A stretch of 63,211 bases of DNA, from positions 1 to 63,211 of the IMG/VR virus record IMGVR_UViG_3300027740_000122. One strand, written 5' to 3'. Below, in pieces: positions 38,822 to 48,905 of this stretch; within the stretch, counting starts at the first letter, position 1; the number at the start of each line of letters is the position of its first letter. The notes under the pieces are model-generated. The model was not told the origin of the DNA, did no database searches, and saw only the letters and a program-made list of their open reading frames with translations. A program made the position numbers and the translations under genes. This stretch comes from a virus (lineage: Duplodnaviria; Caudoviricetes).

Positions 38822-39402
38822 ACAAAGAAACTTTAATAATGTGTGCCCAACTTTGTAAAGCATCTTATGATGATAAAGATACCCGATTTACTACAATTGA
38901 TGAATTGAGTTTTGGGGTAATTAATATTATGGGAGTAACTTACTTGGTATTTCGGGGGACATACAATATTAAAGGATGGCTTCATGACTTTACTGTAGTA
39001 CCTAGTTTAACTAAAGGGGGTTACTTAGCTCATACAGGTTTCATCTTTGCTATGCATGAATTATGGAACCCAATTTGTAAAAGTTTAGATGGTCTACCTA
39101 GACCATGGATTATTACTGGTCATTCTCTTGGTGGGGCTTTAGCTGTATTATATGGGGAACAAATCAAAGTACCAACTATAACTTTTGGTTCCCCTAGAGT
39201 TTATTCAAGAATGAATGGTAATATACCTAAAATAGATCATTATAGAATAATAACCGATGATGATCTTGTACCTCATGTTCCAGAATCATTGATGTGGAAA
39301 CATGATTGTGATCCTTATTTAATTTTAAAAGATAATGATAAAGAATATATTAATGTAGAAGACCATGATATAAATGTTTATATTTCACAACTCACAAAAT
39401 AA
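38818..39402 (+). CDS. class 3 lipase
   Basis: VFRGT, HTGF, TGHSLGGALA, TFGSPRV, DLVPHVP, H. Confidence 0.9.
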   Translation: MNKETLIMCAQLCKASYDDKDTRFTTIDELSFGVINIMGVTYLVFRGTYNIKGWLHDFTVVPSLTKGGYLAHTGFIFAMHELWNPICKSLDGLPRPWIITGHSLGGALAVLYGEQIKVPTITFGSPRVYSRMNGNIPKIDHYRIITDDDLVPHVPESLMWKHDCDPYLILKDNDKEYINVEDHDINVYISQLTK

Positions 39403-39412
39403 AGGAGATGAC

Positions 39413-39811
39413 ATGAAAAAAACAATTTTTAAATTTATTGGGATTTTGGTATTATTTGTTTTGTTTGGAGGAACTAGTCATGCAGCAGGTACCTATTCAA
39501 AAATAGGCATGAGAAATTATTCTACTGCAAACCCTACGACTTGCACGGTGATTGGTGGTTCTTGGGGACTTACAAAAAGTAATGAAGTGGTTCCTGTGTT
39601 TAATCCTATCCCCTCAACTATTAGGGTTGTAGATTTAGGAACTAAAGGATTTGCAAATTATTCAGCATTTTCTTTAGGGGCAAGAGAGGTTCATATTACT
39701 TGTTTCCAAACTGCAACTCCCCAAACACCTGTTTATGTCAAACTTTATTTTGATGATGTAGAAACGAGTTATTTTACCACTACAAATGCTATGTTTTTTG
39801 TTCAACCATAA
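39413..39811 (+). CDS. secreted hypothetical protein
   Basis: Signal peptide MKKTIFKFIGILVLFVLFGGTSHA. Confidence 0.6.
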   Translation: MKKTIFKFIGILVLFVLFGGTSHAAGTYSKIGMRNYSTANPTTCTVIGGSWGLTKSNEVVPVFNPIPSTIRVVDLGTKGFANYSAFSLGAREVHITCFQTATPQTPVYVKLYFDDVETSYFTTTNAMFFVQP

Positions 39812-39845
39812 TGTAGTTGATACGATGACATATCTTATTAATTGG

Positions 39846-39898
39846 TTGAAGCTTACAAGTGCGGTTTTGTTCGTTCTCCAAACACTTGTAAGCTTCAA
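39846..39898. terminator. 16-bp inverted repeat at the convergence of the two gene arms
   Basis: TTGAAGCTTACAAGTG / CACTTGTAAGCTTCAA. Confidence 0.65.
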
Positions 39899-39905
39899 TT
39901 ATTTG

Positions 39906-40418
39906 TCAAATCTTAGTTGATCTAATTTCTGATATTTTCTTTAACACCAATCTTTTATATCTTTCTGCTTTACTTCCTCTACCATTGTATGCTTTTATAG
40001 CTGCATTAAATGATCTATTACTTTTTTTCTCTTCAAATATTTGAAGGGCAGTTGCCAATGCTTGTTTATTATCTAAGGGATTTCCTTTATAATTGAGTAT
40101 TTGAAAAATAGTTCTTTCCCTATCTTTACCAATTGCACCACGTTTAAATTCTGATTCCACAGAAGCTATAGCAGCAAATGCCTCTGGGTAAGGACAGTTG
40201 TAAAGAAGTTCAGTTGTTTGTATGGGATTTTTTTCTGCTGGGTGTTTTGATATGAAGTAATAAAGTTTTTTAAAGCGGTTTGATCTTTCGGTAACTGTTA
40301 TTTTCCCGTCTCTGTTTTCAACAATCCTTGCACAATTTGCTATTCGGTAATAATTTGCACTCCCTACAACTCGTGGTAAACATAATCCCATTATTAAATA
40401 TAGTAAAATTAACTTCAT
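39906..40418 (-). CDS. lytic transglycosylase (SLT-like) with an N-terminal hydrophobic anchor
   Basis: AIASVESEF...AIG, FQI, AIKAYNG. Confidence 0.7.
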   Translation of the reverse strand: MKLILLYLIMGLCLPRVVGSANYYRIANCARIVENRDGKITVTERSNRFKKLYYFISKHPAEKNPIQTTELLYNCPYPEAFAAIASVESEFKRGAIGKDRERTIFQILNYKGNPLDNKQALATALQIFEEKKSNRSFNAAIKAYNGRGSKAERYKRLVLKKISEIRSTKI

Positions 40419-40442
40419 TGTTTCCTCCTTTTAATCTGCTAA

Positions 40443-40625
40443 TTATTTTGTATAATTTTTCTTTCTAAGAATTTTATTACATGCAATACATACTATATTA
40501 TCTTCTATAACCACACGAACATCTGCTATAGGTAAATGTTTACAATTTAAAGGGATTCTGTTTATTAATTTTGGACGTTCTTTTTGGGGCTGTTCCCAAA
40601 TTTTATCAGGTAATAATGTATTCAC
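40443..40625 (-). CDS. hypothetical protein
   Basis: ORF in the operon. Confidence 0.45.
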   Translation of the reverse strand: MNTLLPDKIWEQPQKERPKLINRIPLNCKHLPIADVRVVIEDNIVCIACNKILRKKNYTK

Positions 40626-40906
40626 ATTTTCACCATTTGTTCAATTACTATCTTAGCTGATTTTTCAAAATTACAGGATTGATAAATTGTAAATTCATTA
40701 AATACTTTATCATTAAAAGAAGGTATATTAGGTAATTCTTTATTGTTTTGTCCTTGATAAATTCCTCCAAAAAAGTGAATAGAAAACATATAAGATAAAT
40801 AAGAAATCATTTTTTGATTTGCTTTCATCTTTTTTGGACGAAAAATTAAAAGAGAAACTAAACCCCCTAAACAAAATGAAATTATAAGAAGTAATTCAGA
40901 GTGCAT
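40622..40906 (-). CDS. hypothetical membrane protein
   Basis: N-terminal TM segment. Confidence 0.5.
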   Translation of the reverse strand: MHSELLLIISFCLGGLVSLLIFRPKKMKANQKMISYLSYMFSIHFFGGIYQGQNNKELPNIPSFNDKVFNEFTIYQSCNFEKSAKIVIEQMVKM

Positions 40907-41186
40907 TTCTTTTCCTTTCTATTATGTTTCCCAATCCATATTACATTTTCTACATTTCCAAAAACAAATACCATCATCACTATAACCTATTAAATACCAA
41001 TCATGATCACATTGGTTTGTAAACTCTTTAGGTTCTTTCATTTAATAACTTCTCCTTCAAAATTCCTGATTTCCATATAATCACATCTGCAACATTTCAT
41101 GTGTATTTCAAAAGGTATAGTTTCTATTATTGACCATAATAAATAATCAGTACACTTTAGGCACCTTTCATCAAATTTAGGAAAAC

Positions 41187-41810
41187 TCATTTTATCACCT
41201 TTACAGTAGAGTACCCGTTTTCATTTGTAACGTTTATAATTCGGTCTGCACTTTCAATAAGTTCGGGAATGTGAGAAACCACAATTATTTGAATACCTAA
41301 TTCAGTAGAAAGCATCTTAATCATTTCGGAACATTTTTCTTGCATATCGCGGGACAAATCTCTTGAAGGTTCATCAAGTATTAGAAGGGCTCTTGTTTTC
41401 TTAATTGACCAGTATGCCATACGAAGGGCTATACTAGCTACATCTATTGCACCGAATCCTGAACCCCCTTCAAATAAATCATCTACTTCATTTCCGTCTT
41501 TAACAAAGAACATATCACATTCAGTTTGGTTTCTTCGTTCAACAAATTGAGTTTTGAATTGATAAGAAAAACCAACAGAAGTTAGAGCCAATGTGACTAT
41601 ATTTGAGATTTGGTATTCCAAATCTTTTTGTATTTCTGATGCTACTGTTTGACAAACCAATCTAGCTTTTTCTGCATTAACAAGAAATATTTCTTGTTCT
41701 TTAGAGGCTTCTTGAATTTCAAAAAGTTGTGTTTCCTTCATTTTTTTAATAGTTTTTAATTCAATTAATTTCTGTTTAAAAGGTATTAATTGATTTACAT
41801 AATCTACCAT
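41187..41810 (-). CDS. SbcC/Rad50-like ATPase, C-terminal half
   Basis: Coiled coil, signature-like GSGFG..D..SIALR, Walker B LILDEP, H-loop IIVVSH. Confidence 0.85.
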   Translation of the reverse strand: MVDYVNQLIPFKQKLIELKTIKKMKETQLFEIQEASKEQEIFLVNAEKARLVCQTVASEIQKDLEYQISNIVTLALTSVGFSYQFKTQFVERRNQTECDMFFVKDGNEVDDLFEGGSGFGAIDVASIALRMAYWSIKKTRALLILDEPSRDLSRDMQEKCSEMIKMLSTELGIQIIVVSHIPELIESADRIINVTNENGYSTVKVIK

Positions 41811-41820
41811 AAAAAGTCCT

Positions 41821-42072
41821 TTACTGATTATTTTCAAGCCAATTTGCAAATTTATTTGCTTCTGTGGATAATATACGAAGTTTTTTAATAAAATCAGACA
41901 TACTATCTATATTGGTTTTATGTAACCTGATTTTATTTATACAATCTGAAACCTCAAAAAATGTTATATCTTTGTCCTCGGTCCATTGTGATATACCATG
42001 ATATGCCACAACTGAACTAGTTAAAGGGCTGTCATTATGATTTAACCATTTTCGTTTAGAATATGTTACCAT
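41821..42072 (-). CDS. hypothetical protein
   Basis: ORF in the operon. Confidence 0.55.
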   Translation of the reverse strand: MVTYSKRKWLNHNDSPLTSSVVAYHGISQWTEDKDITFFEVSDCINKIRLHKTNIDSMSDFIKKLRILSTEANKFANWLENNQ

Positions 42073-42305
42073 TGAAAGTCCTTTTTGAGTTCTTCAAATT
42101 CTTCAGGTATCTCTTCTTCAAGTTTATCCATTTCAATTTGAAGAGTATCCATAAGTATTTTTATTTTTTCAGGTGTAGTCACTTCAAACTCTTTTTCCAA
42201 TTGATTAATAATTTCAATGCGTTGCCCTTTTAATTGGGAAATATTAGTTTTTGCAGTTTCAATTTCTTTTCCTAATAATTCCATGTCTTTCTTTATCTTC
42301 TCCAT
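42066..42305 (-). CDS. small coiled-coil protein
   Basis: Heptad pattern; near sbcCD. Confidence 0.6.
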   Translation of the reverse strand: MEKIKKDMELLGKEIETAKTNISQLKGQRIEIINQLEKEFEVTTPEKIKILMDTLQIEMDKLEEEIPEEFEELKKDFQW

Positions 42306-42431
42306 ACCTTCTCCGATATAGTATTATATTTTGGAAATAATGATCTAAATTCCTCAACTTCTGTAAAAATTACTTTTACCATATAAGTATTTTCCACAGA
42401 TTCACCCCAACCTTCATAAAGACAAGGGAGT

Positions 42432-42686
42432 TCAACATGGAATTTCTTTAGTATTGGCAGCATGAATTTCCTTCCTTAATTTTCGAAGTTCAATCATTTC
42501 TTGTTGTGTTGCAAATTGCCAAGTATTCCAATCCTCTATATCATGTTCTAATTCTTTAGTTTCAAAAGGTTTATAAAATGTTTTACTTCTTGCACCGTAG
42601 ATAAATCCGTCATCGCAGAACAGTAAAAGATGCAAAGAATATTCCTTCTCATTTTCATTTAATTGAATTAAAAGATCAGTTTTCAT
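42432..42686 (-). CDS. hypothetical protein
   Basis: ORF in the operon. Confidence 0.45.
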   Translation of the reverse strand: MKTDLLIQLNENEKEYSLHLLLFCDDGFIYGARSKTFYKPFETKELEHDIEDWNTWQFATQQEMIELRKLRKEIHAANTKEIPC

Positions 42687-43038
42687 TTATCACCAGAAAA
42701 TTAGCTTCAATTAGTGCCTTTTTTGCTCTTTCAATGCCACAGGAAAGAATTTGAATTTGCCGACGTTTTCTTGCAATAAAGGATTCTTTTGCTTCTTCTT
42801 TTGTTTTACATGCATATTTTTTATTTGCATTCATATTGACAAATTTTTGACAATTCCGTGGAATTTTTTCTCCTGGGGCATTAAAACAATATTTTGTTGC
42901 AATCCAAAACCCACAACGAGTTTCTCTAATAACTTCAAATTCTATCAAATTAATGCCTACTCTACCAGGACCTAAATCATTATCATATTCATCACAACCT
43001 GCAGAGTATTGAACATCATAATATCTATATAATTTCAT
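42676..43038 (-). CDS. hypothetical phage protein
   Basis: VIRET.CGFWI, KKYA..TKEEA.ESF..RK. Confidence 0.6.
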   Translation of the reverse strand: MKLYRYYDVQYSAGCDEYDNDLGPGRVGINLIEFEVIRETRCGFWIATKYCFNAPGEKIPRNCQKFVNMNANKKYACKTKEEAKESFIARKRRQIQILSCGIERAKKALIEANFLVINEN

Positions 43039-43168
43039 TATTTATCACCATGTTATGACATAAGATAATACTGCGGCTGCAAACCAATACAAAGACAATC
43101 GCCAATTAGAAGTAATATACCCAAAACCAGCACCAATTTGAATAATAAGTATAACAGTAGGAAGTAGT

Positions 43169-44089
43169 TTAGGACTCATTTAGGCAATCCTTTATAATAT
43201 CTTGAATAGATTGATCAACTTTGTTTTCTATACAATATTGATTTATCCGTTCAACAAAAGATAATTTAATAGTTTGTCCTTCTTTAACTTCTTTATCTTT
43301 CAAAGAATGTATAAAGGATTCAAGTTGGAGATTTTTTTCTTTTTCTTTTTCTGCTTTTTCAAGTTGCATCACTTCATCAAACGGTTTTATTTCAAGATCA
43401 ATTACATCATAATGTTTTAATTCGGTATCATAAATAGCAACAGCAGGGCAATGATCAATTTGATCAATAGTTGATCGCATCATGCTTCCTATGTTAATTA
43501 AATGTCTATTCTCTTGTTTTGCAAAGAATTGTTTATGGTTATCACCACTTACAATTAAATCAAAATCTGTTTTGAGAAGTAAATGGTTTGCCCATGTATG
43601 ACCTTCCTGTTCTACCCATAATTTTTTATCGACAACCATTTTGTGAAGTACAAGGATATTTACACAATCTGGTGTAATTATTTCAGGTATTTCTTCATTC
43701 CAAGAAGCACCATAAAAAGCAGTATGATCATTTGAACAACAAGGAGTTTTGTTTAGAAGAGTAATTAAATCAGTATGAGTAAGTAAAGTGCCAAGTGTTG
43801 TTCCTGATAGATCAGAGTTATGGAATTGCATGTCATGTTGCCCTGCCACAACAAAAGTGCAAATTTTTGGATACTTTTTTAATATGTTTATTATTTCTTG
43901 AACCACTAAATGGCTTTCTTTGTAGCTATCAAAAAAATCACCTGGTTGAATTACAACTTCACAATTTTCTTCATTGGCTATTTGATATATTTGATTTACT
44001 TTACCCAAAACAGTTTCAAAATAATTATCTATCCTATTTTTGGGTTTTCTATTGGTAATATGCAAGTCACCACAATATGCTAATTTCAT
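43169..44089 (-). CDS. SbcD/Mre11-like metallophosphoesterase nuclease
   Basis: GDLH, PGDFFD, GQHD, SGDNH, NIGS..R. Confidence 0.9.
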   Translation of the reverse strand: MKLAYCGDLHITNRKPKNRIDNYFETVLGKVNQIYQIANEENCEVVIQPGDFFDSYKESHLVVQEIINILKKYPKICTFVVAGQHDMQFHNSDLSGTTLGTLLTHTDLITLLNKTPCCSNDHTAFYGASWNEEIPEIITPDCVNILVLHKMVVDKKLWVEQEGHTWANHLLLKTDFDLIVSGDNHKQFFAKQENRHLINIGSMMRSTIDQIDHCPAVAIYDTELKHYDVIDLEIKPFDEVMQLEKAEKEKEKNLQLESFIHSLKDKEVKEGQTIKLSFVERINQYCIENKVDQSIQDIIKDCLNES

Positions 44090-44397
44090 TCTTGGTTCCT
44101 TATCTTCACTTTTTCTCTTTTCGCTGCCTTTTTTGCAGCTTTTCCTTTCACACCTTTACCCATACGGATCAAAGCACCTGACCCTTCATCTTTTATGTAA
44201 GAAACATCATGAGTTACTACAATGCGTTTTTTACCTACATTAGGAATAATTACATCTTTTTTCATAGGAACATAACTTACTTTAGTTCTAGGAACCATTT
44301 TTGTTACTGTATTGTCAACTACCTTATCATCTTCAATATGACAACCTTTAACTTTTATTTTTATTTCAACCATATCTGCTTGTTTGCTGGTTCCCAT
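44086..44397 (-). CDS. basic hypothetical protein
   Basis: Lys-rich C-terminus. Confidence 0.55.
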   Translation of the reverse strand: MGTSKQADMVEIKIKVKGCHIEDDKVVDNTVTKMVPRTKVSYVPMKKDVIIPNVGKKRIVVTHDVSYIKDEGSGALIRMGKGVKGKAAKKAAKREKVKIRNQE

Positions 44398-44400
44398 TAT

Positions 44401-44601
44401 TTATTCTCCAAGTCCTTTATAATTATTTTTTATGTGAGCATGAAAATACTTACCTACACTTTCAGATAATACCATTTCATCAAAAACATTTTTTGGTACA
44501 TTAGAATAAGAGTAAGTTCTATTATTAAATGTAATTCGTAGTGTATTATTTTCCCAACCTATAGCTAGAATTGTCGATGATTTAACTGATTGCATTTCCA
44601 T
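44401..44601 (-). CDS. KTSC-domain protein
   Basis: VKSSTI.AIGW...L.ITF....YSY.NVP..VF......SVGKYF...IK. Confidence 0.85.
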   Translation of the reverse strand: MEMQSVKSSTILAIGWENNTLRITFNNRTYSYSNVPKNVFDEMVLSESVGKYFHAHIKNNYKGLGE

Positions 44602-44628
44602 ACGAACTCCTCACATTTATTTATTCTC

Positions 44629-44666
44629 TATTATAAGAGTAACATATTTTTATGAATCCTTAAATT
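44629..44666 (-). promoter_or_regulatory. replication-arm promoter motif, copy 1
   Basis: Minus strand TTCATAAAAATATGTTACTCTTATAATA; shared with 52888 and 55682. Confidence 0.55.
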
Positions 44667-45750
44667 TTTCCTTTATAGAGTTGATTATTTTTATATCAAC
44701 TGTTGTGTAACAAGTGGGACAGATTTTGACAGATTCAAGGAGAGATGTATAAGAAGTGATAACTTTATTAAGTCTACTTTTTTCCCTTTCAATTTTATCA
44801 TCCAAATTAAGAATTGAAGTATAAAAATAATTGAGATTTTTTCTAACTACCTTTTTTTCTTCCCACAAATCAATTTTATTACTTAATGATTTATAAGGAT
44901 TCTCAACTGCTAACCAATCAGTTTCTTGCTTAATTGAAATATCATTTTGGATAAGTTTTGCACTTAACAAAACCAATCTATCATATTTGATTTTAATTTT
45001 TTCATGTTTCTGAATTTTATTTTTAAGAGAAAGGTATTTATTCTCATGTTGTAAAAGTTTGTTGCTTATTGCAATTTTATCATCAATTTGTGTCAAAGAA
45101 TTTGACAAACTAGTGAGCAAACCTCGTCTGTGAGTGACGACCAAATGTTTGTTGATATGAGTCTCTAACTTCTCAATTTTAATTTCGGTGCCAGACAAAT
45201 GCTCAAACTCTAATAATTCAGCTTTTGTTTTTGTTATTGCTTGGTTATATTTAACAATTTCCTTTTTTGCGTCGGAAATTTTACTATTTATCTTTTTAAA
45301 CACTCGGTCAATAATATCAAGCCCAACAAGTTCATTTAATTTTTTAGCTCTATCCCCAGAAGATAAGTTTAACATGAAATAAGGTTCAGATTGAATTTGG
45401 ATATTACAATCCGAAATATTTGATATTTGTTGAATTATATCAGGGACGTTTCCTCGTAATGCTTCAAAAGTACCTGCTTCACATTGGTATACATTCTTTG
45501 TGCCATTACGACTCATAATGAACCAATCATTGTCAAATTCGATTGCAACTTCAACAGGTTCATTTTCATTTGCTGTCCAGGATTTAATTGATCCTCCTGC
45601 GGGACGATTATTCAAAGCCCAAATTAAAGCCCAAAGAATAGCTGATTTTCCATGATCAGAGGAACCAGTTATGACGTTCATTCCTTTACTAAAGTCAATT
45701 ATTGTATTTCTATGAGTTCTAAAGTTTTTTATTTCCACTGATTTTAACAT
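44650..45750 (-). CDS. SbcC/Rad50-like ATPase, N-terminal half ending at the zinc hook
   Basis: IKNFRTH, Walker A GSSDHGKS, Q-loop, coiled coil, CPTC. Confidence 0.85.
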   Translation of the reverse strand: MLKSVEIKNFRTHRNTIIDFSKGMNVITGSSDHGKSAILWALIWALNNRPAGGSIKSWTANENEPVEVAIEFDNDWFIMSRNGTKNVYQCEAGTFEALRGNVPDIIQQISNISDCNIQIQSEPYFMLNLSSGDRAKKLNELVGLDIIDRVFKKINSKISDAKKEIVKYNQAITKTKAELLEFEHLSGTEIKIEKLETHINKHLVVTHRRGLLTSLSNSLTQIDDKIAISNKLLQHENKYLSLKNKIQKHEKIKIKYDRLVLLSAKLIQNDISIKQETDWLAVENPYKSLSNKIDLWEEKKVVRKNLNYFYTSILNLDDKIEREKSRLNKVITSYTSLLESVKICPTCYTTVDIKIINSIKEKFKDS

Positions 45751-46111
45751 AACGACCTTTAATGCACAACAAATGTAGATTTGTGATTCATTATATCAAT
45801 GTAGACCCCAATTCCTGTATCACAATCAAAATCATTAAAATCCATATAATCAATTTCCATGTCATCAGTAACACCTTCATTTTCAACAAATGTTTTAAAT
45901 TCTTTCCAAGTCATAATTGACCTCTTAAAATTTTATCTATTTGAGCATTTTTTATCCTCTGTAGGATATAAAGGAATATATTTCTTTCTGTTTTCTTTTT
46001 TTCCTATAAGATATGCTATCCATAATGAACAAAGCCATAAAATAAAAAATAATACTATATACCAAATTTTATGTGTAGAGATTGATAATATTTGAGAAAT
46101 ATTTTCCATAA

Positions 46112-46294
46112 TTATTTTTCCACAAGATCAGATCGTTTAATTGAAAAACCGCATGTAGTGACATTATAACAATCGGTTGATAACTTAGGGCATTTAATAT
46201 CACACTGCCATGGACCTATTTCAGGATCAAACATTCCTTTATGATATGAACAAATTGTACCATTATGGTTGTTACAACAACATGGCTTATTCAT
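46112..46294 (-). CDS. small Cys-rich protein
   Basis: ORF in the operon. Confidence 0.4.
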   Translation of the reverse strand: MNKPCCCNNHNGTICSYHKGMFDPEIGPWQCDIKCPKLSTDCYNVTTCGFSIKRSDLVEK

Positions 46295-46914
46295 GATTTT
46301 CTCCTTATAAGTTTAGATTGTTTAGGACATAAAGATAATCTATAGAAAGCGATACCATAAGCATCTGCTAGGTCGAAAATGCATTTTTCGTATTCTCGAC
46401 TTTTACTTCCTGGTTTCCAATCTTTTACTTTTACAGCATTTATTTCCTCTTTGTGATTTATAAGATAATTTTCAAATATAATTCGTACATCAGGAGGAAG
46501 TTTTGATACTATAGCATGTTTTAATCCAATCTTTCCTCCATACTTAATCTTCCATTCTTTTTGTTCAATTTTAGTTAAAAGAGTGGAACGCCAAGTAGCT
46601 ACATTTATTATTCCGATAGAAATATCAGGGTATTCAACTTTTAATCTTGTTCTAACATACCATTGTATCCCCCAAAGTAAATCATTTGCTTTCCCTAAAG
46701 CATGAAAAGCTGCTCCTTCAAGAGCTACCCCATCAATGTGATTACTACCTACAGATTCAAAAAGTTCACGAATTTTTGCCCATTGATAATCAATTAATAT
46801 TTCATTATCTATTTCAATAGGAGGAGTTATTAATTTAAATCCCACCATATTTCCGTTATTATCTAAAACAACTACTCCGGTTGATCTTTTACTCTGGTCC
46901 ACTCCGACTATCAT
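46291..46914 (-). CDS. RuvC-like Holliday junction resolvase
   Basis: VGVDQS..STG, VALEG, DLADAYGIA. Confidence 0.8.
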   Translation of the reverse strand: MIVGVDQSKRSTGVVVLDNNGNMVGFKLITPPIEIDNEILIDYQWAKIRELFESVGSNHIDGVALEGAAFHALGKANDLLWGIQWYVRTRLKVEYPDISIGIINVATWRSTLLTKIEQKEWKIKYGGKIGLKHAIVSKLPPDVRIIFENYLINHKEEINAVKVKDWKPGSKSREYEKCIFDLADAYGIAFYRLSLCPKQSKLIRRKS

Positions 46915-47135
46915 AATTCACCTCTAAATTCAAATAAGTAAAAACCAAACATTTTTCTTCCTTGGTAAACACAAGTGTAAACAGGAATTTTATCATTTGA
47001 CACTTCTTCATCTGGGGGAACACAATATGCATTAATTTTAAATTCTGGAACAAAATCAATTACACCAGAATGAAAAGCATTATCTAGTGCTTCTATTATT
47101 TTTAACCATCCATTTATGCTGATACATACTAACAT
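46911..47135 (-). CDS. hypothetical protein
   Basis: ORF in the operon. Confidence 0.45.
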   Translation of the reverse strand: MLVCISINGWLKIIEALDNAFHSGVIDFVPEFKINAYCVPPDEEVSNDKIPVYTCVYQGRKMFGFYLFEFRGEL

Positions 47136-47524
47136 TAAAACAACCTCAATTGTTCAAATTCTTGTTGTTGACGGATATAATTCCAAACACAAACTTTTAA
47201 TCCTTTTTTTCGTGCTTTAATTATCATATCTTTTGTGCCAGAAGATTTTCCATCCCATATAGCTATTAATGCGTCTGAATAGTCTGCCATATTTCCATTA
47301 CGAATCATAGCAGCACTTTTCCCAATATGAACCCAATCATCTTTTGTAACAGGGAATCTTTTAATAGGAATATTATGGGTGACAGCCCATTGCTCCCCCA
47401 GAGTATCTATTCCTTTTGCACAACCAGAAACAACTTCTGTAATATCAAAATTAGATATTCTAATAGCTGCTAAAAGTTCACCATAACTATCACATTTTCT
47501 AGAACCAGCTATAATAGTTTTCAA
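47135..47524 (-). CDS. SLOG/YspA-like (DUF2493) protein
   Basis: IIAGSR, VVSGCAKGID, RN..MA, WDGKS.GTK.MI; ends QLRLF. Confidence 0.8.
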   Translation of the reverse strand: MKTIIAGSRKCDSYGELLAAIRISNFDITEVVSGCAKGIDTLGEQWAVTHNIPIKRFPVTKDDWVHIGKSAAMIRNGNMADYSDALIAIWDGKSSGTKDMIIKARKKGLKVCVWNYIRQQQEFEQLRLF

Positions 47525-48048
47525 TGTTTTTTACCCCCATGTCTATTGGGTCTTGTTTCATTGTATTTCATTTTTTCTCGGATCATAAATTCAAGGTCCC
47601 ATCCTTTATGCCCAAAATAATCAGCAATGCGGATTATTACGTCAGCAAGTTCTATAGCTTCTCCTTCAGGTTTATTATTTACTACATAATAATGAGGTTT
47701 ATTATTTCTTATTTCTTCGGTTGCTTCTGCAATTTCAGTTACCATAAGCATATGATTTTCAAGATCAGAATTTGCAGGACTCCACCATCCTCTTTTTTTA
47801 GCTACTTCATGTGTCTCTTTTACTAATTGATTAAGTGATATACTAGATTTGGGTTGTTTTTCTAATTTATCCTTTGTTTGTATTTTATATTTTTCTTTTA
47901 ATAGATCAATATATTTATGCAAACAATCCGAACAAGTAACTCTGTGAATATCAGTTGTATTTGGAGAATGTATTCCACAATTCCAATCACATAATTTTTC
48001 TTCCATAGGATAAATATGTACTATTTCAAGTTTAAAACTTTTTTCCAT
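47521..48048 (-). CDS. MazG-like nucleotide pyrophosphohydrolase with an N-terminal Cys domain
   Basis: LMVTEIAEATEE, ELADVIIRI.D, EKMKYN.TR..RHGGK. Confidence 0.75.
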   Translation of the reverse strand: MEKSFKLEIVHIYPMEEKLCDWNCGIHSPNTTDIHRVTCSDCLHKYIDLLKEKYKIQTKDKLEKQPKSSISLNQLVKETHEVAKKRGWWSPANSDLENHMLMVTEIAEATEEIRNNKPHYYVVNNKPEGEAIELADVIIRIADYFGHKGWDLEFMIREKMKYNETRPNRHGGKKH

Positions 48049-48905
48049 TTGTCTAGTATTTCCTTTCTGAGAAAGTATTGAAAATCGAACATCTGGCAGA
48101 TATGAATGAACCCATCAATTGAAAATGATTTTTGAGGTCTTAATACAAGTTCAGGACAATTATGTAATGGTAATCTAACAAGCTTTAAATTTCTATTATA
48201 TATTTCTTTTCCTTCTTGTGATTTAATAGCAAAATAACCTTTACTTTTAGGTGTGAGTTCTCCTTTAAGATATTTTATTGCAGTTACTTCTCCTATTCCT
48301 TTTATCCCAGGAACTTCATCAGAATGACAACCTGCAAGAGCTTTTACATCAATCCATTCAAGAGGAGTAACCCCATATTCTGCACGAAACATTTCATAGG
48401 TATAAAGGTAATATTCTTTTTTGCTACCTACTTTTCTAGATTTTCTTATAAAAACACCTTCTTGAAGAAGTTGATACATATCTTCATCACCAGTCGCTAT
48501 GATGAAGTCATCATTTGAATTGGCATATACTATTGAAGCAATGAGATCATCCCCTTCAAAACCAGATATTTTATAATTATTTACAGCACCTAATGTAGGC
48601 AATACTTCTTCATACAATAAATCAATTTGATGATAGGTTGCTTGATCTATCGCTAAATCCTCTTCAGTTTTAGTTTCTTTCAGGGTTCTTCTTTTCTCTT
48701 TATAAGCAGGAAATAGTTTTTGACGAAGAGATTTTGCCGAATCCCAAGTAAAAGCTATATCATGTGTATTATAGTCATGAGCCAATTTATACAATTGGTT
48801 GAGAAACCCAAAGATTATCCCCACTTGTTGTTCTTCATGGGTTAATCCTTTTAAATTATGTTTATTCTTGTGGGCTAAGGCATTTCCATCAATAATAATT
48901 TTCAT
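48021..48905 (-). CDS. 5'-3' exonuclease / flap endonuclease
   Basis: IIDGN, YKEKR, EGDDLIA, GDEDMYQL, L.G..SD.VPGIKGIGE.TA. Confidence 0.9.
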   Translation of the reverse strand: MKIIIDGNALAHKNKHNLKGLTHEEQQVGIIFGFLNQLYKLAHDYNTHDIAFTWDSAKSLRQKLFPAYKEKRRTLKETKTEEDLAIDQATYHQIDLLYEEVLPTLGAVNNYKISGFEGDDLIASIVYANSNDDFIIATGDEDMYQLLQEGVFIRKSRKVGSKKEYYLYTYEMFRAEYGVTPLEWIDVKALAGCHSDEVPGIKGIGEVTAIKYLKGELTPKSKGYFAIKSQEGKEIYNRNLKLVRLPLHNCPELVLRPQKSFSIDGFIHICQMFDFQYFLRKEILDKWKKVLNLK

